A DNA stretch of 24,897 bases. Source: a virus (taxonomy: Duplodnaviria; Heunggongvirae; Uroviricota; Caudoviricetes). Location of the stretch: positions 1 through 24,897 of the IMG/VR virus record IMGVR_UViG_2547132278_000021; one strand, given 5' to 3'. Shown here one piece after another: positions 1 through 9,773 of the stretch. How positions within the stretch are numbered: the first letter of the stretch is position 1; every line of letters begins with the position of its first letter. A model generated the notes under the pieces. It was not told the DNA's origin. It was given only the letters and a program-made list of their open reading frames with translations, and did not search any database. The translations under genes and the position numbers were made by a program.

Positions 1-447
<447 letters not shown>

Positions 448-448
<1 letters not shown>

Positions 449-2919
449 CAGAATCCCCCAACAGTAAGGCGAGGAATAACGGCAAGAACAGACAGCGGCA
501 ACGGGTCAAGCTGACGGATTCTTACACGTCCGTTTTTGCCCCAGTTACTGTCCAGTTTCACTTCTACTTTTCCGGTAGCGTCATCAACAGGATCATCGTA
601 GAACTCGAATTCACGCTGTGGATATTCGTACCATTTACCGCCGGGCGTAGTCGCCCAGATGCCGCGGCTGGCATTCACAACCAGAGTAACGGACGGGATC
701 ACCTGTTTTTTGTCCAGCAGCGTTTCCTGTCCGTTAATGTTGATATCCAGTGTTTCGAATTCAGCAGTTATTGGCAGGCCGATGTGCACTACAGCCCCCG
801 GTGATTCCAGCGTAACGGCACCTCCGGAAACTACTTTCTGTGGTTCCACGTTCGCATCAGAGAGGATGTTTACGGTCTGTCCTTCAAGATGAGACAGGCC
901 TCCAAATGTCCGGCGCGCCATCTGCCAGTTCGTGGTGGCCACATTCCTGAGGAATGGCGGGACGTTCCTGTTAGCACGAACCACTACAGCGGTATTGCTG
1001 GTTACAGAAATAATGTCGCAACGTAATTCTTTTGACACTTCATCTCCAGTATCAGGAACAGTTCCGGTATAAGGGAACTGTAGTTGCGCGCCGACATCAC
1101 TACTGGTGAAGTACGCACCACCAGAAACACTGATTGTATATTCCGCACGGTAATCCCATTCACCAGAACCACCAGTGATGGTCATCGTTCTGTCAGACGT
1201 ATTTCTTCCATCATAGCTAAGGCCAGAATCAACAAAGAAAGCATCTTCATCGCTGGTAAATAAACGGCTGGACAGTCTCTCGATGTATCTCACTGTTTGC
1301 CCGTTAACGGTTCTGTTAACGACGAAATACACCGCATCTTCATTGCCTTCGCTGATACTGCATGTGCTTTCATATTTTCCGGTACTGGATTGTGGTGCCC
1401 ATGCAAAAACCTGCTGATCACGCAAATAGGTCATCACCAGTAATTTACCGTCATCACGAATGCAGAAGGCGCTGGAGTAAGGGACAATCGAGAAGCACCA
1501 GTCAACAATGCTGTGCTTCTGAAAAAGATGATTGGCAAGGATAGTCAGGTCGTTCCCCTGATAGCCGTCAACATCGAATGAATAGGCCAGATCACGGACA
1601 ACACTGCCTTTCTCCTGGACGAACAGAGCAATATTCGCCACAGCAATTGGTGGGACGTTGCTCGAGCCATTTGATCCCTGAGAGCTGAATGCAAATGATG
1701 ATGGGGTTAACACTTTGTTCTGGTCGCCGGTGATGACGTACTCACCTCCGGAAGTCAGTGCCACCAGCGAACCGACATCAATCAGGTGGCGGATCTCATT
1801 AACCTGACGCCCGGCATAGGTGTAGATAATTCTGTCGTCATCCTGCGTAGGATTGCTTTTGCCAAAATCCTTATAATCCCCGGTACGGCTGGCCCAGATA
1901 GTCTGAGGGAACGCAGTCGATGCGGCGAAGTAAAGACGTTGTTGATAATAAACAACAGTGCCAGGATAACCATTAACACTGTTCCAGGCATATTTAGCCC
2001 ATTTATAGCTGGCATTATCCTCGCCAACTACCTGCGAAGGGATATAGGAAATCACCTCGGCAGTTGCAGTAGTTCCATTTGCAGCAGTGATACGGGCAAT
2101 GCCAAAACCACTGTGCAGATATTCCCACTCAATGCCAGTATCATCATCACCGGATCCGCCCCAGCCATCCCATGATGTGCCTTCTGTATGCGAAGGGCGC
2201 AAAGTGCCTGTTTTGCCTGCTGTAACGGCGCGATAGTAGTTACTGTCTGCACGGCGAATATCGCCAATCGACGTACTCTTACTGGTTTCCCATACCTGCA
2301 CTGAATCCACTGCAGGCTGTTCCAGATAGAACAATTTGCCTACCTGCTCCGCGCCAAAAATAGAGGCGCTTGCCGTTAACGTAATTGTCCCGGTGCTGGC
2401 GCTGGCATAAACCGTCACTGACTCGTCAATATTGATATCTTCAAATGGCCCGTTCTTCGTTACCACATCAACCAGTTGCCAGTTGTCATGCGCATAGCGA
2501 CGCAACTCTTTCGGCGGGTATGCCGGATGAACCAGCGTAAGCACGTCTGCGCTTTGCGTGAATTTAATTCGGAACAGATCGGCTTCAGTATATGGAGTGG
2601 CAATTTCATAAATAACATTGCTGCTGTTCAGCACCAACGCACCATCTTTGATAACGCGCATGTACTGGTGTCCGAACTCCAGAGCATAGGTCTGAACCGT
2701 CGAGAACTGGAACGGGATCAGGCGGCATTTCCGATTTGGGTATTTGGCGGCACCGACAAAACGCGTACCAGGTCGATTCTCAACGCCGCCATACTGCCGC
2801 ACGATAAAGTTATCGCACTTGCGCAATGCCACCTGGTACTTCGCCATGTCGATACGTCCGTACAACGACGGTCCAATCTCACCACCAGCAAAGCTGGGCT
2901 GGATCCAACTGATAGCCAT
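448..2919 (-). CDS. Large virion/tail structural protein (823 aa); by position and size resembles a podovirus tail tube/nozzle protein, the type often annotated 'phage stabilisation protein'
   Basis: Long ORF with ATG at 2919-2917 overlapping the upstream stop (TGATG). Last large gene of the head-tail operon, after a ~200-aa protein, mirroring the T7 gp11/gp12 order. Family assignment is by architecture, not alignment. Confidence 0.6.
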
Positions 2920-3524
2920 CAGGACAACCTCGCAATGGTAAACTCATCAACCGGTGGCTGAGGTTCCTGTGATTCATTCTGGCTATGCGAGCCAGCACTA
3001 AGAATCACGCGATTGTACATATTGAGGGCAAACGTACCGAGGTCTGCATTCCCAGTCAGCGCCATGTTAATGGCTGCCGCAAGACGCCAGGCCAGCGCCT
3101 CCATAAAAATGGCATCAAACATGTTTACATCTGAAACTCGAGAGACATACTTGAGCCATGCCTGCGGCTGGTCTGTGTAGATCAACTTTCCTGTTCCGTT
3201 GGTGTCTGCACCCACTTCGTACTGGACGCGCATTGCTGCTGTTGGATTGCGTACACCAGGAAGCATAATTTCAGTAATGCGCAGACAATCGGACGGATAC
3301 TGGTACGCATATTCCCAGTCAGGCGGTGGATTGTTCGTATCTGCAAGCACCACGCGTTTGGTAGCAAAGTTCCAGTCAAAATCAGAAAGCACAGCATCAC
3401 GGCAGGCCTCAAAGTGCAGTGAACATTCCCCCGCTTCCTTGCTGGCTTCCTTCAGGCTGTTAATGCTGCGGCTATTGCCAATATTGGACAGCGCACGATT
3501 GCAGATCTCTACTACAGAGGCCAT
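2919..3524 (-). CDS. Virion protein (201 aa), candidate tail adaptor/tubular protein A-like by position
   Basis: ORF coupled to both neighbours by overlapping start and stop codons; size and position match the gene preceding the large tail protein in podoviruses. Confidence 0.5.
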   Translation of the reverse strand: MASVVEICNRALSNIGNSRSINSLKEASKEAGECSLHFEACRDAVLSDFDWNFATKRVVLADTNNPPPDWEYAYQYPSDCLRITEIMLPGVRNPTAAMRVQYEVGADTNGTGKLIYTDQPQAWLKYVSRVSDVNMFDAIFMEALAWRLAAAINMALTGNADLGTFALNMYNRVILSAGSHSQNESQEPQPPVDEFTIARLS

Positions 3525-3847
3525 TACTCACCACCATTGCCGTACAGCGTTTCAGCCGCTGATTTTTCTACATCCCCGGAAACAGGAGCGATCGCCATAT
3601 CAGTGATCTGCAGATCGGCGCTGCGATTAACACCATCGTCAGTTTCTCTGGCAGACAGGCCTCGAATAACAGCCTTTGCAGTTATCATCACTTCTGTTCC
3701 GACGCCCTGAGGTTGCGCCTTCAGCTTATTCAATGTGTCGTTATTAAGAGTGATGCACAGCCCCCACGGGTATTCATCGCGAGTTCTGGTTTCTCCGCTC
3801 TCATCCTGGTAGCTGTCAGTGCCGGTTTTGAGGTTTACGAGTTCCAT
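3524..3847 (-). CDS. Hypothetical small virion/head-completion protein (107 aa from ATG 3847)
   Basis: ORF in the structural operon; ATG at 3847 preceded by AGGAG with 5-nt spacing. Track start 3853 is a GTG two codons upstream. Confidence 0.5.
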   Translation of the reverse strand: MELVNLKTGTDSYQDESGETRTRDEYPWGLCITLNNDTLNKLKAQPQGVGTEVMITAKAVIRGLSARETDDGVNRSADLQITDMAIAPVSGDVEKSAAETLYGNGGE

Positions 3848-3897
3848 ATACACTCCTGCAATAAAGGGGCCGAAGCCCCTTGTCTGATTCGCGAGGC

Positions 3898-4233
3898 TTA
3901 CACGCCCAGTTCTTTACGCTTATCTGCGATCTTCTCGCGGAGCGTTTCGGCTTTGGCGTTATGGTGTGGCTTCTCGTTAAAGAGCAATTCGTACTCTTCA
4001 CGGAGCTTATCCAGTTCACCATCATCTGACACATCATTGATGATTTTGGTGCTGGTTGCTGCCATAGACACCTTTCCTGCTACCTTTGCTTTTGCCTGTC
4101 TGGCTGCATCGTTAACAGGTTCCAGTGCGCTACCAGGCTCACCTTCGTATTCGATTTCTGCCCCCTCCGGCCACAGAGTGTTATGGATATGAGAGAGGCG
4201 CAGAACGCGGTATCTTGGTTTCTCACCTGACAT
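3898..4233 (-). CDS. Hypothetical small virion protein (111 aa from ATG 4233)
   Basis: ATG at 4233 preceded by AAGGTGA with 5-nt spacing; track start 4242 is a GTG. Lies between capsid and tail genes. Confidence 0.5.
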   Translation of the reverse strand: MSGEKPRYRVLRLSHIHNTLWPEGAEIEYEGEPGSALEPVNDAARQAKAKVAGKVSMAATSTKIINDVSDDGELDKLREEYELLFNEKPHHNAKAETLREKIADKRKELGV

Positions 4234-4243
4234 CAATATCACC

Positions 4244-4681
4244 TTAACCGGTTACTTTTGAGCGGATCGGATACGGCGTATTGGCATCAACATCAAGACT
4301 GATACCCGCAGTGAATTCGCCAGCCGTTAGTGGGCCAGTTGCGACGGAGTAGTTAACACGCAGATATCGCTGAACACCGGCAGGAACCTTTGCAGAAACA
4401 ACTCGTTTACCTGCTGTCAGGGCGGTCTTTGCCAGTGCACCACTATCATAAATAGTGGTCCATGAGCTGTTATTCTCACTCGTCTGCAACTGGATGTTTA
4501 CAGTTGCCTCACCACTTGCCGTGGCGGCTTCGTTAACCAGCGCCCAAAACTCAAGCGGGTAACCCACGCCGATATCACGACGTTTTCCGTCAATTGGACC
4601 GAGATCGATTACGTCAGTAGAAGCCGCGGTATTCGTAACCGCCTGAGCTTCGGAGAACATCAACAGTTTGTCGGTGATCAT
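4244..4681 (-). CDS. Hypothetical virion protein (145 aa), possible capsid decoration/accessory protein
   Basis: ORF immediately downstream of the major capsid gene; Gly/Thr/Ala/Val-rich composition. Function inferred from position only. Confidence 0.45.
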   Translation of the reverse strand: MITDKLLMFSEAQAVTNTAASTDVIDLGPIDGKRRDIGVGYPLEFWALVNEAATASGEATVNIQLQTSENNSSWTTIYDSGALAKTALTAGKRVVSAKVPAGVQRYLRVNYSVATGPLTAGEFTAGISLDVDANTPYPIRSKVTG

Positions 4682-4732
4682 CTTCTTTCTCCATTAGTGG
4701 GTCTGTTACGACCCACAGGTTAATAACAGGCG

Positions 4733-5725
4733 TTACACCACGCGGGCTTCTGTTTCCAGAAGCGCATCAGTTTCACGGATTGGTACACCACGGAATGAAG
4801 TCCACCACTCGCCTTCTGTCTCTTTTACGCTGATCGCCAGAGATGTTTTCTCCAGAGATTGCAGATCAAGAGCCTGTCCTACAGTGCGGTTCATGTAGAA
4901 CACTGGGCGCCCCATGCCACGGTTTGGAATGCGATGCAGTGCTTTAACCATCAACTTCGCAATATTTGCGGCAGAGGAAGGTTCTGAAAGATTGCTGACA
5001 TCGATGTTTGCAATGCGAACGACATAACGCCAGTCACGCAGAGCAAGTCCGTTATCCCATTTGTAATGGGTACGGTAGCCTTCGTACTTGCCGCCATTAG
5101 CATCTTCCAGTGTCACCTGGCCTTTATCTTCCATCTGAATGCCAGCCTTCTGCCCTTTCGGGAAGATGCCATGCACGGTGTTTTCGCCCCACACCACTAA
5201 CCAGATTGAGGTGTTATCTGTACCCGTGCCACCAGCATCAATGATGTTCTGAGCATTACCCGCAGACAGGCTGGAATAGCGGGATGACAGTCCCATAAAC
5301 TGCTGAGGGTTAACGCTGGAATCACCATAAAACAGCGTCTGCGCCATCTGCTGATTCATCGCTTCAATAAATGCGCGGTCTTCAGACAGGCGGAATTCGG
5401 CGGTATTGCCGTTCAGATCAGCCAGTGACTTATCGACTTCAGCATAGGTTTCCAGCATGCCAACGGAATCGGTTACCTGCACTGTGGTTGATTTGCTTGG
5501 CTGTACTCCATAGTTCAGCAAACGCCAGGTAGCTGAAGGTAAACCAGAACGAATGGTGGTTCGGTGTCCGGTAGGAAGGTTCCCTTCGACAAAAGGCATA
5601 TCCTGAAGGATCGGGTTAGTTTGACCGAGAAGCTCGATAATCTTATCGACTTTCCCGTTTGGATCGACGCGCTTACCCCAGTCAGCCAGCGTTAGCGCAG
5701 TTAAGCCTTTAACAGCCATTGTCAT
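4733..5725 (-). CDS. Major capsid protein (330 aa; start may be the second ATG at 5719)
   Basis: ~36-kDa ORF directly after an acidic scaffold-like gene, in the canonical portal-scaffold-capsid order. GAGAGG Shine-Dalgarno upstream is better spaced for ATG 5719. Confidence 0.7.
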   Translation of the reverse strand: MTMAVKGLTALTLADWGKRVDPNGKVDKIIELLGQTNPILQDMPFVEGNLPTGHRTTIRSGLPSATWRLLNYGVQPSKSTTVQVTDSVGMLETYAEVDKSLADLNGNTAEFRLSEDRAFIEAMNQQMAQTLFYGDSSVNPQQFMGLSSRYSSLSAGNAQNIIDAGGTGTDNTSIWLVVWGENTVHGIFPKGQKAGIQMEDKGQVTLEDANGGKYEGYRTHYKWDNGLALRDWRYVVRIANIDVSNLSEPSSAANIAKLMVKALHRIPNRGMGRPVFYMNRTVGQALDLQSLEKTSLAISVKETEGEWWTSFRGVPIRETDALLETEARVV

Positions 5726-5733
5726 TTCCTCTC

Positions 5734-6429
5734 TTATTTGCCATAGAGCACTTCGGCCGCACTACGCTGGCCTTCATTAACACCGGTGACCATGCCATCT
5801 TCAGACATCGCCTTTCCGATTTTCACGAACGTTTTGACCAGATCAGGGTGATTACCCAGCCCGGTGGTGTTCAGATATTCTTTGAGTTCAGGTGTCCCGA
5901 ACTGGTCAAGCGCACGCTGTGCGGCGCTAAGGTTAGAAATCAACTTGTCGCCACCGATTTCTTTGTCAGCTTTTACATCCGCAGCCCACTGCTCGGTTGT
6001 TTTCTGCCAGGCTTCTGCCTGGCGCTGCTGAACACCTGCCAGAATCTTCGGATAAGCATCAACCAGCTTTTGCGCTTGCTCGTTGGTCAGGTTAAGTTCT
6101 CGCGCCACCGGCTCGAATTCCTTCAACGCTTCTGTATCCAGCTCTACGCCTTCGGCAGCCTGAAACTCGTACTTCTCAGGCGCACCCTCTGGTTTATCGC
6201 CGTCCTTTTTTTCATCCTGCTTATCGTTTTCAGGCTTTTTGTCATCAGCAGGTTTATCGCCATCAGCAACAGGTTGTGGCTTATCACCTTCCTGTTGTGA
6301 TGAATCACCAACTGGAGCAGGGTTATCACCTGCAGGCGCTGACGGTTCTGACGCAGCCGGAGCTGCTCCACCATCGACTGGTTGCTCATTGCAAAGACGG
6401 CGATACAGCAAACGCTCAAATAAATTCAT
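5734..6429 (-). CDS. Scaffolding protein (231 aa from ATG 6429)
   Basis: Highly acidic, low-complexity, D/E/K/P-rich N-terminal half with a helical C-terminus, sitting between portal and capsid. Track start 6435 is a GTG overlapping the upstream TGA; ATG 6429 follows AGGAG. Confidence 0.65.
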   Translation of the reverse strand: MNLFERLLYRRLCNEQPVDGGAAPAASEPSAPAGDNPAPVGDSSQQEGDKPQPVADGDKPADDKKPENDKQDEKKDGDKPEGAPEKYEFQAAEGVELDTEALKEFEPVARELNLTNEQAQKLVDAYPKILAGVQQRQAEAWQKTTEQWAADVKADKEIGGDKLISNLSAAQRALDQFGTPELKEYLNTTGLGNHPDLVKTFVKIGKAMSEDGMVTGVNEGQRSAAEVLYGK

Positions 6430-6431
6430 GC

Positions 6432-6728
6432 TCACTCCTGTTCACTGGCCTCTTTGGCCATCTTCAAATACTGTTCAGGGCAATGCGCCATAACGCGCTG
6501 AAACAGTTCCAGCGCCAGATTGCGTTGCCCCTCATTAAATGCCATTGCCATAGCATCCATCGGAGAGATAGCGGAAAACACCCGGCCTTTCTCCAGCACA
6601 GACCAGACAACGCGACGCCCCTGTTCACTGCTCATGACAAAGCGAATGTCATCAATTTCACGCTGTGCCATGTCACGTTGCTTACGGGCGTTTTCTTCTT
6701 TCAGTTGATCGTCCTCGTAATCTGTCAT
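6432..6728 (-). CDS. Hypothetical 98-aa protein between portal and scaffold
   Basis: ATG 6728-6726 overlaps the portal stop (ATGA coupling); charged helical protein. Confidence 0.55.
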   Translation of the reverse strand: MTDYEDDQLKEENARKQRDMAQREIDDIRFVMSSEQGRRVVWSVLEKGRVFSAISPMDAMAMAFNEGQRNLALELFQRVMAHCPEQYLKMAKEASEQE

Positions 6729-8404
6729 TGTGATTGCCCACCCTGACCACTAACTGCATTCGCCATAGCTGACAAAACACTCGGATCCGAAGTTTTAGCT
6801 TCGCTTAGCGTCTTGGCACCCTGTGCCGCCGCCATTCCCATCGCCATCATTTGTTGCTGCTGTTGCTGCTGTGCCCGTTGCTGGCGAGCCTGCTCAACCT
6901 GTTCCTGCGGAACAATGACGGTTGGAGACACTCCGGACATATCAGCGAATGCATCGATCGCCTGATCAACATTGAGTTTGTCGAGAGCTTCTGGTTTCGC
7001 TTGCGCAAGTTGACCAATGAAGTTGACCGTAGACGCCAGACTGGACAGGCCGATAGACTTCTGCGCCTGAGCCATGACGGAAATGTATTCGACCTTCAGG
7101 GGCATACCTTCCATCGCGTCAGGCGGTGGCGGCAGCATGTTTTTACGCACCATCATCGAGAAAGCGCGGTCAATGAGAGGATTAAGACATTCGTCGTTCA
7201 GACGCTCCAGAACCGGCCCCAACATCAGAAGTTTTTCTTCTTTCATTTCGATCACCGCTTCAACAGGCATCGAGCGGGTATTGATGTTCTGCAACATCAT
7301 GAACAGATCGACAAAGTAGGCGCTGTTAATGATTTGACGGGTGTCCTGAATGTCTGCCACCAAATCTGCTGTACTGGGGTTAACCAGATAAGCAGGCCTG
7401 AAACCATCCTGACCAGTAATCTGATCGATATACGTGATGTCGCCAGGAAGAAGGGAGGCACGCTGATTCTTGAGGGAAGTCGGAGCAACCATCGGCGGAT
7501 TGGTGGCTTTATCAATCAACTGCGACTTGCGCTTCTGGAGAAGCTGCAATGCCTTAACAGGTCCAAGCGCCAGCATACCCGGGCATGATGATCCATAAAC
7601 ATCTTCGCCGTTAACTTCCCAGCGCGGAGCCATAATTGGAAACTCATCGAATCCGGACTCGCGCAACAACTTGTCGTTATCGCCACCAACCTCGTAATAA
7701 ACCGATTTGAATGGCTTGTTCTTGCTATCCAGCTTCGATGTATCGCGGTCAATGTTCGGGTAAACCGAATGCATCACTTCAATCCACTTCTCGTAGGTGC
7801 CGCTTTCCCACATGCTTTTTACGGATTCGCTGACGTTATTTAGCCCGAACTCCTGAACAAGCTGACGAACAGTCATAGAGAACTTGCGAAAACAGGTGTC
7901 CACACTGCCACGAGGTGAGTTAGCCAGGTAGTAACTGCCTATCGGGAATGGCATTGTGCGAATGATGTCCTCGTCATCCTCCAGCACTGCCATTGCACCA
8001 GTGCTGTATGTGCCGAGGCTTCCGTATAACTGCGGCAGCGACTGATAGAGATTCGACTTATTGAACATATCGTTCATGCGGTTCTGCACCGCCTCAAGCC
8101 ACAACTTAACAGGGCCATAATCCATCATTTCAGGATCTGGCGTAGCCAGGCGAAACCACGGACGCGCGGGGCTTGTGATGCCTGACATCATGCCGCTGGC
8201 GAGAGTGCGCGCCGCCATAGTCCCGGTCGAATCAATAATGCGTGTATTGCGTCGATCGTTACGGTTGACCTCAGAAGTCAGAAAGCGGGAACCACGTGGG
8301 TTGATGTAATCACTCAACTCGCGCCAGTGCGGCTCGAACGACTGACGCTCGCTTTCAAGTTGTGCGAACTGTTTGTTCAATCGCTCTTTAGTTGTTTCCG
8401 CCAT
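6725..8404 (-). CDS. Portal (head-to-tail connector) protein, podovirus type (559 aa)
   Basis: Size, position after terminase, and a Gln-rich C-terminal tail (QQRAQQQQQQQMMAMGMAAAQGA...) reminiscent of T7-type connectors. Start context CCGGAGTCATTGAA-ATG. Confidence 0.75.
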   Translation of the reverse strand: MAETTKERLNKQFAQLESERQSFEPHWRELSDYINPRGSRFLTSEVNRNDRRNTRIIDSTGTMAARTLASGMMSGITSPARPWFRLATPDPEMMDYGPVKLWLEAVQNRMNDMFNKSNLYQSLPQLYGSLGTYSTGAMAVLEDDEDIIRTMPFPIGSYYLANSPRGSVDTCFRKFSMTVRQLVQEFGLNNVSESVKSMWESGTYEKWIEVMHSVYPNIDRDTSKLDSKNKPFKSVYYEVGGDNDKLLRESGFDEFPIMAPRWEVNGEDVYGSSCPGMLALGPVKALQLLQKRKSQLIDKATNPPMVAPTSLKNQRASLLPGDITYIDQITGQDGFRPAYLVNPSTADLVADIQDTRQIINSAYFVDLFMMLQNINTRSMPVEAVIEMKEEKLLMLGPVLERLNDECLNPLIDRAFSMMVRKNMLPPPPDAMEGMPLKVEYISVMAQAQKSIGLSSLASTVNFIGQLAQAKPEALDKLNVDQAIDAFADMSGVSPTVIVPQEQVEQARQQRAQQQQQQQMMAMGMAAAQGAKTLSEAKTSDPSVLSAMANAVSGQGGQSQ

Positions 8405-8418
8405 TTCAATGACTCCGG

Positions 8419-8625
8419 TTACTGACCAAGCAGCGTTTTACCGCTGGTATTAGCGGTTGATGTGTCGCCCTGAGAACCGGTAAGCAGCGTAGAACTACGA
8501 CCAGCAGCAGCGCGACGGCGACGAGTTTCTTCGTCGCGGGCATCAACAACGGCGGCATCCTGCTCCTGTGGTGCTGCCTGAACTTCTGGTGTTGCAGGCA
8601 CTGATGGTGAGCTACCCATGCACAT
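8419..8625 (-). CDS. Hypothetical 68-aa low-complexity protein upstream of portal
   Basis: ATG at 8625 is preceded by the same initiation block (GGAGTCATTGA-N-ATG) as the portal gene; Ser/Thr/Ala/Gln-rich. The overlapping 79-aa track ORF 8406..8645 starts on TTG and is less likely. Confidence 0.4.
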   Translation of the reverse strand: MCMGSSPSVPATPEVQAAPQEQDAAVVDARDEETRRRRAAAGRSSTLLTGSQGDTSTANTSGKTLLGQ

Positions 8626-8653
8626 ATCAATGACTCCGTACGCAATTAAATTA

Positions 8654-8730
8654 TTACCAATTTAACCACATATGATTTATTTATCGTAGATAGTTGACAT
8701 TTAACGCACAAATTATTACCTTTCAGGTAA
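8654..8730. promoter_or_regulatory. Operator-like site TTACC-TTTCA-GGTAA (8716-8730) with consensus -35 TTGACA (8694-8699) and a degenerate upstream half-site (8654-8668) at the cassette spacing
   Basis: Perfect 15-bp dyad identical in form to the immunity-region operators. Flank AAATTATTACC matches the flank of the pL-like proximal operator. Transcription direction not resolved. Confidence 0.45.
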
Positions 8731-9052
8731 GCAAAGAGTTCATTCCGGTTATTAACCTGACTGGCTTGTCGTTAAATTGAACAGGTGGAGTGAGCTTTTA
8801 TTTTGAGCAGTACGGCGTATGGCACATGCGCCGATAGCGGTCTGGATACGTTTAAGGGGCACCCTCCCTTGCTCGGGCAAACGAACCAGGTAGCCGGAAT
8901 GTGCAAGTCGAGCGGTTTTATTCCGCGCACGGGGATTCACCATCCCGGCGATTTGGTGTGACGCCTCGGAAGAGACGAGGGTACAACGATGAGAGCATTT
9001 ATGGAGCCGCGACAAAGTGTGGCGCCTTAACAGGCTAAGTGCTCTCAGCGTT

Positions 9053-9129
9053 GTGGCATTAGCTCAGTTGGACAGAGCAACCGCCTTCTAAGCGGTTGGT
9101 CGCAGGTTCGAATCCTGCATGCCACGCCA
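9053..9129 (+). tRNA. tRNA-Arg (anticodon TCT, decodes AGA)
   Basis: 77-nt cloverleaf folded by hand: acceptor GTGGCAT/ATGCCAC, D stem GCTC/GAGC, anticodon stem ACCGC/GCGGT with loop CTTCTAA (U33, TCT, A37), T arm GCAGG-TTCGAAT-CCTGC, discriminator G, encoded CCA. Confidence 0.9.
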
Positions 9130-9172
9130 GAATCACGCCTAAGGACCGTGATGCCAGAAGTTCCAGGTGCTT

Positions 9173-9214
9173 GGCGGTGATGGTTTCCCTTGAAGGACTA
9201 TCACCGCCCTTTTT
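9173..9214 (+). terminator. Intrinsic terminator downstream of the tRNA
   Basis: 9-bp stem GGCGGTGAT / ATCACCGCC followed by CTTTTT. Confidence 0.5.
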
Positions 9215-9292
9215 ACAGCAGGACGCCATTGCGATGACTTCATGCTGTAAACCCGTACAGCCACGGAAGGCATAACTCATTGCTTCCAGTTC

Positions 9293-9316
9293 GCCCGGTT
9301 CGCCGGGCATTTTTTT
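9293..9316 (+). terminator. Intrinsic terminator-like hairpin immediately upstream of the Gp49-like gene
   Basis: GCCCGG-TTCG-CCGGGC stem-loop followed by A + TTTTTTT. Confidence 0.5.
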
Positions 9317-9327
9317 AAGGTGAGATT

Positions 9328-9653
9328 ATGAACGACCAGCAAATCGAAAAAGAAATCGTTGAGAAAGGCAAAACCGCTCCGCGAGTTACGCCTCAATATA
9401 TCGAAAGCATCATTCTTGAAGAGCATTTCTTTACTGCTTAGACGGCATTCGTGCTGCCAATATGGGCGTTGGCGATTCATGGACAGCGCATAAATCTACA
9501 GACCTCCTGACTTTCTGCGTATTGGTACTGAAGAATGGCTTCACCGTCACCGGAGAGAGTGCCTGTGCAAGTCCGGAAAATTTTGATGCAGAAATTGGTC
9601 GGAAGATTGCCCGGCAGAATGCTGTAAACAAAATCTGGATGCTTGAAGGTTAA
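9328..9653 (+). pseudogene. Gp49-like small phage protein gene (Phage_gp49_66-type) disrupted by a frameshift
   Basis: ATG 9328 with AGGTGAG Shine-Dalgarno encodes MNDQQIEKEIVEKGKTAPRVTPQYIESIILEEHFFTA then TAG at 9439-9441. The adjacent frame continues from 9441 (DGIRAANMGVGDSW...LKNGFTVTGESACASPENFDAEIGRKIARQNAVNKIWMLEG) to TAA 9651-9653; the two frames join with a 2-nt offset. Confidence 0.5.
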
Positions 9654-9686
9654 TTGCTGAAGCAGAAGTTAAGCGAGCAATAACAC

Positions 9687-9700
9687 CGTGACATGTCACA
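9687..9700. repeat. 14-bp element CGTGACATGTCACA (perfect 12-bp palindrome GTGACATGTCAC), copy 1, downstream of terL
   Basis: Identical 14-mer recurs at 11952-11965. Confidence 0.8.
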
Positions 9701-9703
9701 AAC

Positions 9704-9730
9704 AGCCAGCCGATGAGCTGGCTTTGTTTT
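9704..9730 (+). terminator. Intrinsic terminator (possibly bidirectional) between the Gp49-like gene and the terL 3' end
   Basis: Stem AGCCAGC / GCTGGCT with loop CGATGA, followed by TTGTTTT; A-rich on the other side. Confidence 0.55.
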
Positions 9731-9773
9731 ATCCTCACCAGAGGATATCTCCGTCATTATCCCCGCTAACGGA

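Noticed and set aside
659-2961. Plus-strand track ORFs inside the 823-aa tail gene (659..892, 1362..1544, 1786..2175, 2476..2961) and similar antisense ORFs inside the portal, terminase and capsid genes
   Set aside because: All are embedded antisense in long, well-supported genes of a tightly coupled operon; no independent start signals.
8890-8960. Possible second tRNA or 16S-like motif (GTGCAAGTCGAGCGG, GGGGATTCACCATCCC hairpin)
   Set aside because: No cloverleaf could be built; the T-loop-like hairpin has a 5-nt loop and no matching acceptor stem. Left as unexplained leader sequence.
8752-9310. Minus-strand track ORFs 8752..9015, 9059..9310 and 9277..9480
   Set aside because: They overlap the tRNA-Arg and its terminators, lack Shine-Dalgarno sequences, and have implausible basic, low-complexity compositions.
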